Positions 39,301 to 52,560 of a stretch of 64,000 nt of DNA are shown here, piece by piece; within the stretch, counting starts at the first letter, position 1; each line of letters opens with the position of its first letter. Made by a program: the position numbers and the translations under genes. The stretch lies in contig JAJDWH010000001.1 in NCBI GenBank assembly GCA_022825705.1, positions 57,418 to 121,417 on the forward strand, read 5' to 3'. This DNA comes from Alphaproteobacteria bacterium. GTDB lineage: Bacteria; Pseudomonadota; Alphaproteobacteria; TMED109. The notes below the pieces were generated by a model. It saw only the letters and a program-made list of their open reading frames with translations, was not told the DNA's origin and did not search any database.

Positions 39301-39726
39301 ATGCACGCGGTCATTCGTACAGGCGGAAAACAGTACAGAGTTGCCCCGGGGGACGTGGTCACCGTGGACCGCCTCGTAGACGATGCCGGTGCAACGGTCA
39401 CGTTCGATGAAGTTCTGATGGTGTCAGACGGCGAACGCTCGATCGTTGGCACCCCGCTGCTGGAAAACGCCAGTGTTACCGGCACCGTGGCGGAGCAGAT
39501 GCGTTCACCGCGGGTGATCGTGTTCAAGAAGAAGCGCCGCAAGCACCACCGCAAGCGTAACGGCCATCGGCAGCGCTTGACGGTAGTCCGCATCACCGAT
39601 ATCAACGTGAATGTGCAAAATCACGGGGAAACGGCCAAGCCGGAAGGCGATTCCGCCGCCACTGCACCCGCGTCCGAAAGCGCCGCACCCGCGGCCGCCG
39701 ACGCGTCCGTCGATAGTTCAGAGTAG
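39301..39726 (+). CDS. rplU: 50S ribosomal protein L21 with an Ala/Ser/Glu-rich C-terminal tail
   Basis: Internal ATG 39301 gives [14 protein letters not shown]... The core is followed by about 40 low-complexity residues. Confidence 0.9.
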   Translation: MHAVIRTGGKQYRVAPGDVVTVDRLVDDAGATVTFDEVLMVSDGERSIVGTPLLENASVTGTVAEQMRSPRVIVFKKKRRKHHRKRNGHRQRLTVVRITDINVNVQNHGETAKPEGDSAATAPASESAAPAAADASVDSSE

Positions 39727-39738
39727 GGAGCGCGCAGC

Positions 39739-39999
39739 ATGGCCCACAAGAAAGCAGGCGGATCCTCACGCAACGGCCGTGATTCTGCCGGACGCAGGCT
39801 CGGAGTGAAGAAGTACGGTGGCGAACGCGTCCGTGCCGGGAACATCATCGTTCGCCAGCGCGGGACCAGGTTCCACCCTGGTGCCGGTGTCGGCATTGGC
39901 AAGGACCACACGCTGTTCGCCCTGTCCGACGGACAGGTCGTGTTTCGCACCAAGAGCGGCGGGCGATCGTACGTCTCGGTCGACGCGGGCAGCGCCTGA
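39739..39999 (+). CDS. rpmA: 50S ribosomal protein L27
   Basis: [24 protein letters not shown] is the canonical L27 N-terminus. Confidence 0.95.
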   Translation: MAHKKAGGSSRNGRDSAGRRLGVKKYGGERVRAGNIIVRQRGTRFHPGAGVGIGKDHTLFALSDGQVVFRTKSGGRSYVSVDAGSA

Positions 40000-40104
40000 G
40001 GAGCACTCGCGCGACACTGCGGTTGGCGCCGCCGAACCGCGTCGGACCATCTTCGATACCGGTGTCGCACCGCGCGATTACGCCCGCAACCTCCCGGTCA
40101 GTAA

Positions 40105-42418
<2,314 letters not shown>

Positions 42419-42422
<4 letters not shown>

Positions 42423-43717
42423 ATCGAAAGGTTGCACCGGTTCGTGCAGCGCCCGTCGGGGAGGACACCGTACGCACGATGATGGCCGAGCTGGCCGCAG
42501 CGGCCCGTGCTGCCGCCGGAGCCCTAGCCCGTACCTCAACCGATGCCAAGAACGATGCCCTGAGGGCAGCCGCGGGCGCCATCCGGCAACGCCGAGAGCA
42601 CATCCTGACAGCGAACGCCCGGGATGTTGAAGAAGCATCCGGGCTCACGGACGCCCTGCTCGACCGGCTTCGCCTCGACGACGACCGGGTCGAAGGAATC
42701 GCGGCCAGCCTGGAGCAAGTGGCGGCCCTTCCGGATCCGGTGGGGAGCGAGTCGGCCCGCTGGTTCAACGAGGCGAACGGACTGGATATCGCCCGCGTGC
42801 GCGTGCCGCTCGGCGTAATCGGCATCATCTATGAATCGCGTCCGAACGTGACCGCTGACGCGGGAGCGCTCTGTCTGAAGTCGGGCAACGCCGTCATCCT
42901 GCGGGGTGGGTCGGAGAGCTTTCATTCCAGCAGCGCGCTTGTGGAGGCGCTCGGCGAGGGTCTGCGCAACAGCGGTATCGACCCGGCAGCTGTCCAGATG
43001 GTGCCGACGACGGATCGGGCAGCAGCAGGCCTTCTCATTACCGAATCGCAATGGATCGACGTGGTGGTGCCGCGGGGCGGGCCTTCGTTGATCGAACGGG
43101 TGCAGAGCGAGAGCCGCGTGCCCGTCCTCGCCCACCTGGAAGGTCTGTGCCACACCTACATTGATCGTGCGGCAGACCCTGTGATGGCTGCGGACATCGT
43201 CCACAACGGCAAGATGCGGCGCACATCGGTGTGCGGAGCGACCGAAACGGTGCTATGCCACCGCGACGCTTCCGGTGCAACGCTCGCGCAGGTCGTCGAC
43301 CGGCTGTTGGACAGCGGCTGCGAAGTACGCGGGGACACGGAAGTCCAGCGGTTGGATTCCCGCGTCGTGCCGGCCGTCGCTACCGACTGGGATACCGAGT
43401 ATCTCGACGCCATCGTCTCGGTCCGCGTGGTCGACGATCTCGAGGCGGCGATCGAGCACATCCACCGCCACGGGTCCGACCATACTGACGCGATCGTTAC
43501 CTCCGACCGGGGAGCGGCCGAGCGCTTCCTGCAAGAAGTGGACAGTGCGATTGTCCTTCACAACGCCTCGACCCAGTTCGCCGACGGCGGTGAGTTCGGC
43601 ATGGGGGCCGAAATCGGCATTTCGACGGGCCGGCTCCATGCCCGTGGCCCGGTGGGATTGGAACAGCTCACCACCTTCAAGTACGTGGTCAGAGGGCAAG
43701 GCGGGGTGCGTCCCTGA
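42419..43717 (+). CDS. proA: Gamma-glutamyl phosphate reductase
   Basis: ATG 42419 forms an ATGA overlap with the proB stop. [16 protein letters not shown] and HGSDHTDAI are present. Confidence 0.9.
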
Positions 43718-44337
43718 ACAGGAGCGTCTCACTCGTCCGCAGGCGTGGCCAACGCATTGGGCTCCTCGGCGGTTCCTTCAACCCGGCGCACGCCGGCCAT
43801 CGCTGGATCAGCACGCAGGCCCTTGCCCGATTGGCGCTCGACGAGGTGTGGTGGCTGATTTCACCGCAGAATCCGCACAAGAGCTCCGAAGGCATGCGGC
43901 CCTTCGCCGAACGCGTGAAGGCAGCCCAACAAGTTGCCGACCACCCACGGATTTTCATCAGCGATCTCGAAGACAGGCTGGGTACCATCCGCACCCATGC
44001 CACGCTGGCCCGGTTGCGCAGGCGCCTTCCAGGCGCCCGCCTGGTATGGCTCATGGGGGGGGATCTTCCTGCTTCGATTCATCTTTGGGAGCACTGGCGC
44101 CGCATCTTTCGGACGACGGGCGTTGCAGTGCTTGCGCGCCCGCCATATGCTCGTCCTGCTTTGACGAGCATGGCGTTCAGACGATATCGAATGGCTCGGG
44201 TGCGGTCCGCGTTGAGCGTCACGCTGGCCTCGCGACGCCCTCCCGCATGGACATATCTGGAGGGTCGGAGGCATCCGGCATCCGGTACGGCGCTCCGGGC
44301 GCAACGTCGACCTTCCGTGCCGCCCGATCATCCATGA
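43714..44337 (+). CDS. nadD: Nicotinate-nucleotide adenylyltransferase (non-canonical start)
   Basis: Hand translation upstream of the track ORF (TTG 43831) gives [16 protein letters not shown] at 43753..43800 in the same frame. No ATG, GTG or TTG lies between that motif and at least position 43630. CTG 43714 overlaps the proA stop (CTGA). Confidence 0.7.
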   Translation: MNRSVSLVRRRGQRIGLLGGSFNPAHAGHRWISTQALARLALDEVWWLISPQNPHKSSEGMRPFAERVKAAQQVADHPRIFISDLEDRLGTIRTHATLARLRRRLPGARLVWLMGGDLPASIHLWEHWRRIFRTTGVAVLARPPYARPALTSMAFRRYRMARVRSALSVTLASRRPPAWTYLEGRRHPASGTALRAQRRPSVPPDHP

Positions 44338-44714
44338 ATCAACCGGCACCCTCACCCGCATCGCATCCGGGAAGCGTTGAGCTGCAAGATCTCATCACCG
44401 AGACGCTTCGGGACGGTTCGGCCGAAGACATCGTGAGCATCGACCTGACCGGCAAGTCGTCCATCGCCGATTGCATGATCATTGCAAGTGGTCGTTCCAC
44501 CCGTCATGTTGGGGCCCTTGCCGAACGGCTGTCGCTGGCCCTGAAACACTCCGGGGCACCCCGCCTGGCAATCGAAGGCGAGCGCCAGGCTGACTGGGTA
44601 CTGGTCGACGTGGGCGACGTGATCGTCCACCTTTTCCGTGAGGAAACGAGACTCTTTTACAACCTGGAGAAAATGTGGAGCGCGCTACCCGCCGACACCG
44701 GAACCGGCGCCTGA
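44334..44714 (+). CDS. rsfS: Ribosome silencing factor RsfS
   Basis: ATG 44334 forms an ATGA overlap with the nadD stop. DIVSIDLTGKSSIADCMIIASGRSTRHV and DWVLVDVGDVIVHLF are present. Confidence 0.85.
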   Translation: MNQPAPSPASHPGSVELQDLITETLRDGSAEDIVSIDLTGKSSIADCMIIASGRSTRHVGALAERLSLALKHSGAPRLAIEGERQADWVLVDVGDVIVHLFREETRLFYNLEKMWSALPADTGTGA

Positions 44715-44717
44715 TCC

Positions 44718-46271
44718 TTGTTTCCTGATGCGGGCCAGAGGCCGGCCCCGCTGGTTCTCTGCATTCTGGATGGGTGGGGGCATCGAACCGCTCTGGAGGG
44801 CAATGCCATCCGGCAAGCCCGCACCCCCGTGCTCGACCGCCTGACTGCGCAGGGTCGAAACGGGCTGCTCCACGCTTCCGGACCGGCGGTCGGCCTCCCG
44901 CCGGGGCAGATGGGGAACTCGGAAGTCGGCCACATGTCGATCGGTGCTGGTCGGACGATCCAGCAGGACCTGCCAAGGATCGACGCGGCGCTCGCGGACG
45001 GGACGCTGGCCAGCCATCCACTGCTCACCAGCCTGGTGGACGCGACCCTTCAGTCAGAAGGCGCATGCCATGTTCTGGGTCTGCTCTCCCCAGGTGGAGT
45101 CCACTCTCACCAGACCCATATCGCCACCCTGTGCGAGATCATCGCGAGGCGCGGCGTGCCCGTCCGCCTGCATGCATTTCTCGACGGCCGGGACGTGCCG
45201 CCCCACAGTGCTCCCGAACATCTCCGGACATTCCGACAGTCGGTCCGGGGGGTCCCCAGGACCGCGATCGCCACCGTAGCCGGCCGCTACTGGGCGATGG
45301 ACCGGGACCATCGCTGGGACCGGACAGAACGTGCCTGGCAGGCCATTGCCCGCGGGATCGGGCACCCCCATCCCGCAGCTGAGGCCGCGCTTGAGGCGGC
45401 CGCGAACGGACAGATCGGCGATGAATTCGTCGAGCCGGCGGTCATCGATGGGTACGGCGGCATGCGGGACGGCGATTCGCTGCTGCTGGCGAATTTCCGC
45501 GCTGACCGGGTCCGGCAGCTCATGGCGGCCCTGATCGATCCTGGGTTTGACGCCTTCCCGATTGAGCGTTTCCGGTACGCCTCGTGCGTTACCCTGACAC
45601 CGTGCTCCAGTCATCTGGAACGGCTTGCCCAACCGCTGTTTCCCGCCATAACCCCCGAAGACACCCTGGGCGAAACCGTTGCACGCGCGGGTCTGCGCCA
45701 GCTCCGCGTTGCCGAGACGGAGAAGTACGCGCATGTCACGTACTTTCTCAACGGCGGCCGGGAAGAGCCGTTCGAACGCGAGGCGCGGATCCTCATTGAC
45801 TCGCCGAAGGTAGCCACCTACGACGCGAAGCCCGAGATGTCTGCCGCTCAGGTCACGACGCAACTCGTTCGGGCAATCGAAGAACACCGCTTCGACATCG
45901 CAGTGGTGAACTACGCGAATGCCGACATGGTGGGACATACGGGCGACTTCACGGCGGCCGTCGCCGCGGTCGAAGCGGTGGACGAGCAGCTTGGGCGCGT
46001 CGCGACGGCGCTAGCTGGTACCGCCGGCAGACTCCTGCTGACGGCAGATCACGGGAATGCCGAGCAGATGGGCACGCCGTCGTCACCGCAGACGTCCCAC
46101 ACCACCAATCCCGTGCCAGTGCTGCTGCACGACGGCGCCGGGCCGGGCCCGAGGCTGGCGGACGGCACCCTGGCCGACCTCGCGCCCACCGCACTACGGT
46201 TGCTCGGGGTTGACGTTCCGTCCTCGATGCGCGGCACCCCGCTGGTTGACCTGCGGGTCACCTCCGGTTAA
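44718..46271 (+). CDS. gpmI: 2,3-bisphosphoglycerate-independent phosphoglycerate mutase
   Basis: TTG start. ILDGWG, NSEVGH, GGVHSH and ADHGNAE motifs are present. Confidence 0.9.
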   Translation: MFPDAGQRPAPLVLCILDGWGHRTALEGNAIRQARTPVLDRLTAQGRNGLLHASGPAVGLPPGQMGNSEVGHMSIGAGRTIQQDLPRIDAALADGTLASHPLLTSLVDATLQSEGACHVLGLLSPGGVHSHQTHIATLCEIIARRGVPVRLHAFLDGRDVPPHSAPEHLRTFRQSVRGVPRTAIATVAGRYWAMDRDHRWDRTERAWQAIARGIGHPHPAAEAALEAAANGQIGDEFVEPAVIDGYGGMRDGDSLLLANFRADRVRQLMAALIDPGFDAFPIERFRYASCVTLTPCSSHLERLAQPLFPAITPEDTLGETVARAGLRQLRVAETEKYAHVTYFLNGGREEPFEREARILIDSPKVATYDAKPEMSAAQVTTQLVRAIEEHRFDIAVVNYANADMVGHTGDFTAAVAAVEAVDEQLGRVATALAGTAGRLLLTADHGNAEQMGTPSSPQTSHTTNPVPVLLHDGAGPGPRLADGTLADLAPTALRLLGVDVPSSMRGTPLVDLRVTSG

Positions 46272-46381
46272 TTCCCGCACGCGCCTCTGCGCAGCCGTCA
46301 ACTTGCGAGGCACGGCTATGGGTCCAGCCGATGACCCGATGACCACCTCTTCGCCCCTACCTTCCGATCCGGAGGACCTTC

Positions 46382-46927
46382 GTGTCGCTATTTGAACTCA
46401 ACAAGATTGCCGGGGCGCTGCTGGCCGCATGTCTCACCGCCGGAATCGCCGTCACCATCAGCAATCTTGTCTATCCGGAGCCACACGTACCCGAGATTCT
46501 GCTCGCCGTGCCCGCGTCGGAAGGCGGCCCGGCCCCATCCGCGGATGCGCCGGCGACACCGCAAATTGTTCCGATCGCCGCCCGGCTGGCAGCGGCCGAC
46601 CCCGCCAAGGGCGAACGCGAGGCCAGGAAGTGCTCGGCCTGCCACACCTTTGCCTCCGGGGAGCCCCACCGGGTCGGGCCCAACCTGTACGGCCTGGTCA
46701 ACCGGCCGAAGGCCGCAAGCGAGGACTTCTTGTACTCCCTGGCCATGGCCGCCCAGGACGGCACGTGGAGCTACGATGACCTGGATGCGTTCCTCGCGAG
46801 CCCCCAGGCGTACGTACCTGGTACCAGCATGGCCTTTGCCGGTGTCCGGGACCCCGACGCGCGCGCCGCTATCATCGCGTGGCTACGGCTCCAAGCCGAC
46901 ACGCCGACCCCGCTCCCGACCCCTTGA
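46382..46927 (+). CDS. Membrane-anchored class I c-type cytochrome
   Basis: GTG start. The N-terminal helix is IAGALLAACLTAGIAVTI. CSACH haem site, GPNLYG and a distal Met region (GTSMAF) are present. Confidence 0.75.
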   Translation: MSLFELNKIAGALLAACLTAGIAVTISNLVYPEPHVPEILLAVPASEGGPAPSADAPATPQIVPIAARLAAADPAKGEREARKCSACHTFASGEPHRVGPNLYGLVNRPKAASEDFLYSLAMAAQDGTWSYDDLDAFLASPQAYVPGTSMAFAGVRDPDARAAIIAWLRLQADTPTPLPTP

Positions 46928-46939
46928 TGATCCCCGTCT

Positions 46940-48772
46940 ATGCGCTCCACCCTGCCCCGCCTGTGCCTCGGCGCACTGACCTGTCTGCTCCTCGGGTCGT
47001 TCGCCGCCCAGGCCGACGACGCCGTCACCACGCACGCGCTGTCTCTCTTCGGTGAACCCAAGTACGACGCCGCATTCACGCATTTCGAGTACGCCAACCC
47101 GGACGCCTCCAAGGGAGGAACCGTCCGACTGTCCGCTGATCGGACATTCGACACGCTCAATCCCTTCACCCTGAAGGGAATCACCGGCGCCGGCGCCGCG
47201 CTGATCTATGACAGCCTTACCTACGGAACCGAGGATGAGCCTTTCACCCAGTACGGTTTGCTGGCCGAAGCCATCACGGTCGGACCGGACAACGGCTGGG
47301 TCGAATACACGTTGCGGGAGGAAGCCCGCTGGCACGATGGCGTGCCGATCACGCCGGCCGACGTCGTGTGGACGTTCAACACCCTGATGACCGACGGGCA
47401 TCCGTTCTACGCCAAGTACTACGAGGACGTGACCAACGTCGAAGCCACCGGCCCGCGAAAGGTAAGGTTTACGTTTTCTCCCGGGGTCAACCGGGAACTC
47501 GCCCTGATCGTCGGCGAATTCGATGTCCTCCCAAAACACTACTGGGAGGAACGCGACTTCACCGCGACCACGCTCGACCCCCCACTGGGCAGCGGGCCGT
47601 ACCGGTTTGCGGCGGTCGATCCGGGGCGGTCGATCGTGTACGAGCGCGTGCCTGATTATTGGGGGCAGGAATTGCCGGTGAACGTGGGCCGTCACAATTT
47701 CGATCGCATCCGGTACGACTACTATCGCGACGCTAACGTCATGATCGAGGCCCTGAAGGCGGGCGAGTACGACTTCCGGGCCGAGAATATCGCGAAGGAA
47801 TGGGCGACCGCCTACGACACCGACGCGGTCAGGGAAGGCCTGCTGGTCCGGCGTACCGTCGACCACGAGCTGCCGACTGGCATGCAGGGCTACGTGTTCA
47901 ACGTTCGGCGAAAAGTGTTCCAGAATCCGATGATTCGACGGGCCCTTGCCTTTGCTTTCGATTTCGAGTGGACGAACCAGACGCTCTTCTACGGGCAGTA
48001 CGACAGGACTGAGAGCTACTTCTCGAACTCCGATCTGGCGTCACGCGGCATGCCTTCCCCGGCCGAGACCGCCCTCCTCGAACCCCATCGCGCCGCACTG
48101 CCGGCCGAGGTGTTCGGGCCTGCCTATCGCGCACCCTCGACGGACGGATCGGGCAACAATCGTGCGAATCTCCGGATCGCGCAGAAACTGCTCAACGAGG
48201 CCGGATACCGGGTGGAAGGACAGACCCTCGTGGACCCCGACGGCGAGTCCGTCGAGTTCGAGATTCTCCTGGGCTCGCCGGCGTTCGAACGCATCACCTC
48301 GCCGTTCGTCAACAACCTCGAGCGCCTGGGCATCCGCGCTTCCATCCGAATCGTCGACCGGGCCCAGTACGAGAACCGACTGCGGGAATTCGACTACGAC
48401 ATGATGGTGATGGCGAGGGGCCAGTCGTTCTCGCCCGGCAATGAGCAGCGGGACTTCTGGACGTCGGCCGCGGCCGACACGCCCGGGAGCGGCAACTACC
48501 CGGGCATCGCCGATCCGATCGTCGACCAGCTCGTGGAAGCCATCATCCGAGCGCCGGACCGTGACGCCCAGATTGCGGCGACCCGGGCCATGGACCGTGT
48601 CCTGCTGCACAGCCACTACGTGGTCCCCCACTGGCACATCTCAAAGTTCCGGCTGGTGTACTGGGACCGCTTCGGCATCCCCGAAATCACGCCCCGATAC
48701 GGCCTGGGTTTCCCCTCCACCTGGTGGTATGACCCCGGCCGCGCGTCACGAGACGGCATGCCCGCTGACTAA
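46940..48772 (+). CDS. yejA: ABC transporter periplasmic solute-binding protein, family 5 (YejA-like)
   Basis: 610 aa with signal peptide MRSTLPRLCLGALTCLLLGSFAAQA. It is followed by yejB, yejE and yejF homologues. Confidence 0.75.
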   Translation: MRSTLPRLCLGALTCLLLGSFAAQADDAVTTHALSLFGEPKYDAAFTHFEYANPDASKGGTVRLSADRTFDTLNPFTLKGITGAGAALIYDSLTYGTEDEPFTQYGLLAEAITVGPDNGWVEYTLREEARWHDGVPITPADVVWTFNTLMTDGHPFYAKYYEDVTNVEATGPRKVRFTFSPGVNRELALIVGEFDVLPKHYWEERDFTATTLDPPLGSGPYRFAAVDPGRSIVYERVPDYWGQELPVNVGRHNFDRIRYDYYRDANVMIEALKAGEYDFRAENIAKEWATAYDTDAVREGLLVRRTVDHELPTGMQGYVFNVRRKVFQNPMIRRALAFAFDFEWTNQTLFYGQYDRTESYFSNSDLASRGMPSPAETALLEPHRAALPAEVFGPAYRAPSTDGSGNNRANLRIAQKLLNEAGYRVEGQTLVDPDGESVEFEILLGSPAFERITSPFVNNLERLGIRASIRIVDRAQYENRLREFDYDMMVMARGQSFSPGNEQRDFWTSAAADTPGSGNYPGIADPIVDQLVEAIIRAPDRDAQIAATRAMDRVLLHSHYVVPHWHISKFRLVYWDRFGIPEITPRYGLGFPSTWWYDPGRASRDGMPAD

Positions 48773-48778
48773 CCGCCG

Positions 48779-49876
48779 ATGATCACCTACCTCATTCGGC
48801 GTTTGGTGCTCATGGTCCCAACGCTGTTCGGGATCATGGTGGTCAACTTCGTGATCATTCAGTTCGCGCCGGGCGGCCCGGTCGAGAGCATGATCGCCCA
48901 GATTCAGGGCATCGGGGGGGACGCCACGGAACGGTTCGCCGGGGGCGGCCGTGAACAGCTGGATCCGACGGCGGCGAGCCGTGACACGGCGACCCCCTAC
49001 CGCGGCGCGCAGGGACTCGACCCGGAACTGATCGCGCGGATCGAACGCATGTACGGCTTCGACAAGCCGGCTCACGTGCGGTTCTTCGACATGATGGGAC
49101 GGTATCTGGTCTTCGACTTCGGCGAGAGCTTCTTCAGCGACCGCCGGGTTGTCGACCTGGTGCTCGACAAGCTGCCCGTATCGATCTCACTGGGTCTCTG
49201 GACCACGCTCCTTGTCTACCTCATCTCCATCCCGCTCGGCGTGGCAAAGGCGGTCCGGGACGGTTCCCCGTTCGACGTGTGGACCAGCGGGGTCGTGGTG
49301 GTCGGCAACGCGATTCCCGGTTTCCTGTTTGCCATCCTGCTGATCATCCTGTTCGCCGGCGGCCGGTACTTCGACTGGTTTCCACTCCAGGGAATCACCT
49401 CTCCCGACTGGCGGGAACTGGGATGGGGAGCGCGGCTCGTCGACTACCTGTGGCACATGGTCCTGCCGGTTCTGTCGATGGTCATCGGCGGTTTCGCCGG
49501 CCTCGTCATGCTCACCAAGAATTCCTTCCTCGACCAGATCAACCAGCAGTACGTCCTCACCGCCCGCGCCAAGGGGCTCCACCAGCGACGCGTGCTCTAC
49601 GGCCACGTCTTCAGGAACGCGATGCTGATCGTGATCGCCGGCTTTCCCGCCGCCTTCATCGGGATCCTGTTTACCGGAGCGCTGCTGACCGAGGTGATCT
49701 TCTCGCTGGACGGCCTTGGCCTGCTGGGATTTGAGGCGGCGATCAATCGCGACTACCCGGTGATGTTCGCCACCCTGTACTTCTTCACGCTGCTCGGCCT
49801 CATCATGAACATCATCGGCGACTTCACGATGACGGTGGTCGATCCACGGATCGACTTCGAGCACCGCAATGTCTGA
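48779..49876 (+). CDS. yejB: ABC transporter permease (YejB-like)
   Basis: 365 aa with the DppB/OppB-type N-terminus MITYLIRRLVLMVPTLFGI and an EAA loop region. Confidence 0.8.
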   Translation: MITYLIRRLVLMVPTLFGIMVVNFVIIQFAPGGPVESMIAQIQGIGGDATERFAGGGREQLDPTAASRDTATPYRGAQGLDPELIARIERMYGFDKPAHVRFFDMMGRYLVFDFGESFFSDRRVVDLVLDKLPVSISLGLWTTLLVYLISIPLGVAKAVRDGSPFDVWTSGVVVVGNAIPGFLFAILLIILFAGGRYFDWFPLQGITSPDWRELGWGARLVDYLWHMVLPVLSMVIGGFAGLVMLTKNSFLDQINQQYVLTARAKGLHQRRVLYGHVFRNAMLIVIAGFPAAFIGILFTGALLTEVIFSLDGLGLLGFEAAINRDYPVMFATLYFFTLLGLIMNIIGDFTMTVVDPRIDFEHRNV

Positions 49877-50927
49877 AACGGCCCTCATCGGTTCAGAACC
49901 CGGTTCCGGGCGCGGGCTGGCCGGCCGCCGCTGGGCCAACTTCCGGCGGAATCGCCGCGGCTACGTCTCCACGTGGATCATGGCCGTGCTGCTGCTGGCC
50001 ACCCTCCCGGCGGAATTCATCGCCAACGATCGACCCCTGCTGGTGCACTTCCAGGGCGACTACTATGTACCGGTCCTGAAGGACTACCCGGAGACCGCGT
50101 TCGGCGGCGATTTCGCGACCACGGCGGACTACCGCGACCCGTACGTGCGCGATCTCATCTGCACGGACGGGTGGACGATCTGGCCGCTCGTCCCGTTCAG
50201 CTACCGGACCGTCGCCCTGGATCTTGGGCAGCCCGCCCCGTCGCCGCCATCGCCGGACAACTGGCTCGGCACCGACGATCAGGCCCGTGACGTGCTCGCA
50301 CGCCTGATCTACGGCCTGCGCATTTCCATTCTGTTCGGCGTGGTCCTTACAGCCCTGTCATCTTCCATCGGGATCGCCGCCGGTCTGGTGCAGGGGTATT
50401 TCGGCGGCCTCACCGACCTGCTTGGCCAGCGACTGATCGAGATCTGGAGCGGCCTCCCGGTGCTGTACCTGCTGATCATCCTGGCCAGCATCGTCACGCC
50501 CACCTTCTGGCTGCTCCTCTTCCTGCTGCTCCTCTTCAGCTGGATGGGATTGGTCGGCGTCGTCCGCGCGGAGGTCCTGCGCGCCCGCAACTTCGAGTAC
50601 GTCAAGGCAGCGAGGGCACTCGGAATGAGCAACGCCCGCATCATGACCCGGCACGTACTGCCCAACGCGATGGTCTCCACGCTGACGTTCCTGCCGTTCA
50701 CGCTCGCGGGTTCCGTGACCATCCTGACATCGCTGGACTTCCTCGGGTTCGGTCTGCCGCCGGGGTCGCCGTCGATCGGCGAACTCCTGAATCAGGGCAA
50801 GAACAATCTTCAGGCACCGTGGCTCGGTTTCACCGGATTTCTCGCGCTGGCGGTGCTCCTGTCGCTGCTGGTCTTCATCGGTGAGGCGGTGCGCGACGCC
50901 TTCGACCCGAGGAAGGTGTTCCGGTGA
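49869..50927 (+). CDS. yejE: ABC transporter permease (YejE-like)
   Basis: 352 aa, DppC/OppC-type. LGTDDQARDVLARLIYG is present. It overlaps yejB by 8 nt. Confidence 0.8.
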   Translation: MSETALIGSEPGSGRGLAGRRWANFRRNRRGYVSTWIMAVLLLATLPAEFIANDRPLLVHFQGDYYVPVLKDYPETAFGGDFATTADYRDPYVRDLICTDGWTIWPLVPFSYRTVALDLGQPAPSPPSPDNWLGTDDQARDVLARLIYGLRISILFGVVLTALSSSIGIAAGLVQGYFGGLTDLLGQRLIEIWSGLPVLYLLIILASIVTPTFWLLLFLLLLFSWMGLVGVVRAEVLRARNFEYVKAARALGMSNARIMTRHVLPNAMVSTLTFLPFTLAGSVTILTSLDFLGFGLPPGSPSIGELLNQGKNNLQAPWLGFTGFLALAVLLSLLVFIGEAVRDAFDPRKVFR

Positions 50928-50946
50928 TGCCGGGAACGGCAGGCTG

Positions 50947-52560
50947 ATGCTCCGTATCCAGGATCTTGCCGTCCGGTTCACGACCGAAGACGGACCGGTG
51001 GACGCGGTCCACGACGTGAGCCTGTCGCTGGCCCCGGGCGAAACGCTGGCACTCGTCGGCGAATCCGGTTCCGGGAAGTCCGTCACGGCCCTGTCGGTTC
51101 TCGGGCTCCTTCCGTACCCGCGCGCCAGCCATCCGCGCGGATCGATCCGCCTGGAGGATGCGGAACTGCTGGGCGCTCCGGAAGAGACGCTGCGCCGCAT
51201 CCGCGGCAACGACATCTCGATGATCTTCCAGGAACCGATGACCTCGCTTAATCCGCTCCACACGATCGTGCGGCAGGTATCGGAACCCCTCATGCTGCAC
51301 CAGCGGCTGTCGCGCGAAGCCGCCCGGGAGCAAGCCCGGGGACTCCTTGAGCGGGTTGGCCTCGGGCAGGCCGACGCCCGTCTGGACGCCTACCCGCACC
51401 AGCTTTCCGGCGGGCAGCGCCAGCGCGTCATGATCGCCTGCGCCCTAGCCAACCGGCCAAAATTCCTGATTGCCGACGAACCGACGAGCGCCCTCGACGT
51501 GACGGTGCAGGAAGAGATTCTCGCGCTCATCGCGGAACTGCAGCGCGAGACCGGCATGGGCCTCCTGCTGATCACCCATGATCTCACGATCGTCCGCTCT
51601 GTCGCCCGCCGAACCGCCGTGATGCAGGCCGGACGCATCGTTGAAACAGGGTCAACCGACGAAATCTTCCACCGACCGCAGCACCCCTACACGCAAAGCC
51701 TGCTTGCCAACCAGCCGGGTGTCCGGCCCACGCCGGCAGCAGACAGCACCGCCTCCGAGCCGCTGCTGGAAGTGCGCGAACTGCGGGTCCACTACCCTAT
51801 CCGCAAAGGCATCCTGCGCCGCACCGTCGGGCACGTAAAAGCCGTCGACGGGATCGACCTGTCGCTGACGCCGGGCCGCACCCTGGGGGTGGTCGGTGAA
51901 TCCGGTTGCGGCAAGACCACGCTCGGCCAGGCAGTCCTCCGTCTGATTTCCAGCGAAGGTTCGATCCGCTTCGACGGGAAGGCAATCGACGACCTTGGAT
52001 GGGCCGAGCTACGGCCCCTCCGCTCGCGCATGCAGTTCGTGTTCCAGGACCCGTACGGCTCCCTCTCGCCGCGCCTCTCGGTGTTCGGCATCGTGGCTGA
52101 GGGACTGTTCCTCAACCGAATCGTGGAGACGGCCGACGAGGCCCGCCAACGGGTCGCCTCCGCGCTGGCCGAAGTCGGCCTGCCCGCCGACGTGATGGAC
52201 CGCTATCCGCACGAATTCTCCGGCGGGCAGCGCCAGCGCATCTCGATCGCGCGGGCGCTCGCCCTCACGCCACGGGTGCTGGTGCTGGACGAGCCCACCT
52301 CGGCGCTCGATCTTTCGGTTCAGGCCCAGATCGTAAACCTCCTCAACGCGCTCCAGGCCCGCCATCGCCTCGCGTATCTCTTCATCAGTCACGACCTGCG
52401 GGTAGTGCGCGCGATGGCGGACGAACTCCTCGTCATGCGCGCGGGCCTCGCGATTGAGCGGGGGCCTGCCGAACACGTGTTCCGCCATCCCGCCACGCAG
52501 TACACGCGACAACTGCTGCGGGCGGCACAACTCGCGCCCACCGAGGAAACCGCCACATGA
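50947..52560 (+). CDS. yejF: ABC transporter ATP-binding protein with duplicated ATPase domains (YejF-like)
   Basis: ATG 50947 was used. Two Walker A motifs ([16 protein letters not shown]) and two LSGGQRQR signatures are present. Confidence 0.85.
   Translation: MLRIQDLAVRFTTEDGPVDAVHDVSLSLAPGETLALVGESGSGKSVTALSVLGLLPYPRASHPRGSIRLEDAELLGAPEETLRRIRGNDISMIFQEPMTSLNPLHTIVRQVSEPLMLHQRLSREAAREQARGLLERVGLGQADARLDAYPHQLSGGQRQRVMIACALANRPKFLIADEPTSALDVTVQEEILALIAELQRETGMGLLLITHDLTIVRSVARRTAVMQAGRIVETGSTDEIFHRPQHPYTQSLLANQPGVRPTPAADSTASEPLLEVRELRVHYPIRKGILRRTVGHVKAVDGIDLSLTPGRTLGVVGESGCGKTTLGQAVLRLISSEGSIRFDGKAIDDLGWAELRPLRSRMQFVFQDPYGSLSPRLSVFGIVAEGLFLNRIVETADEARQRVASALAEVGLPADVMDRYPHEFSGGQRQRISIARALALTPRVLVLDEPTSALDLSVQAQIVNLLNALQARHRLAYLFISHDLRVVRAMADELLVMRAGLAIERGPAEHVFRHPATQYTRQLLRAAQLAPTEETAT

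Noticed and set aside
43275-44714. 479-aa ORF, the third longest on the plus strand in this part of the window
   Set aside because: Only its last 126 codons (from ATG 44334) look like a real protein, RsfS. The upstream 350 codons are an Arg/Pro/Ser-rich out-of-frame read-through of proA and nadD. High GC keeps wrong frames open.
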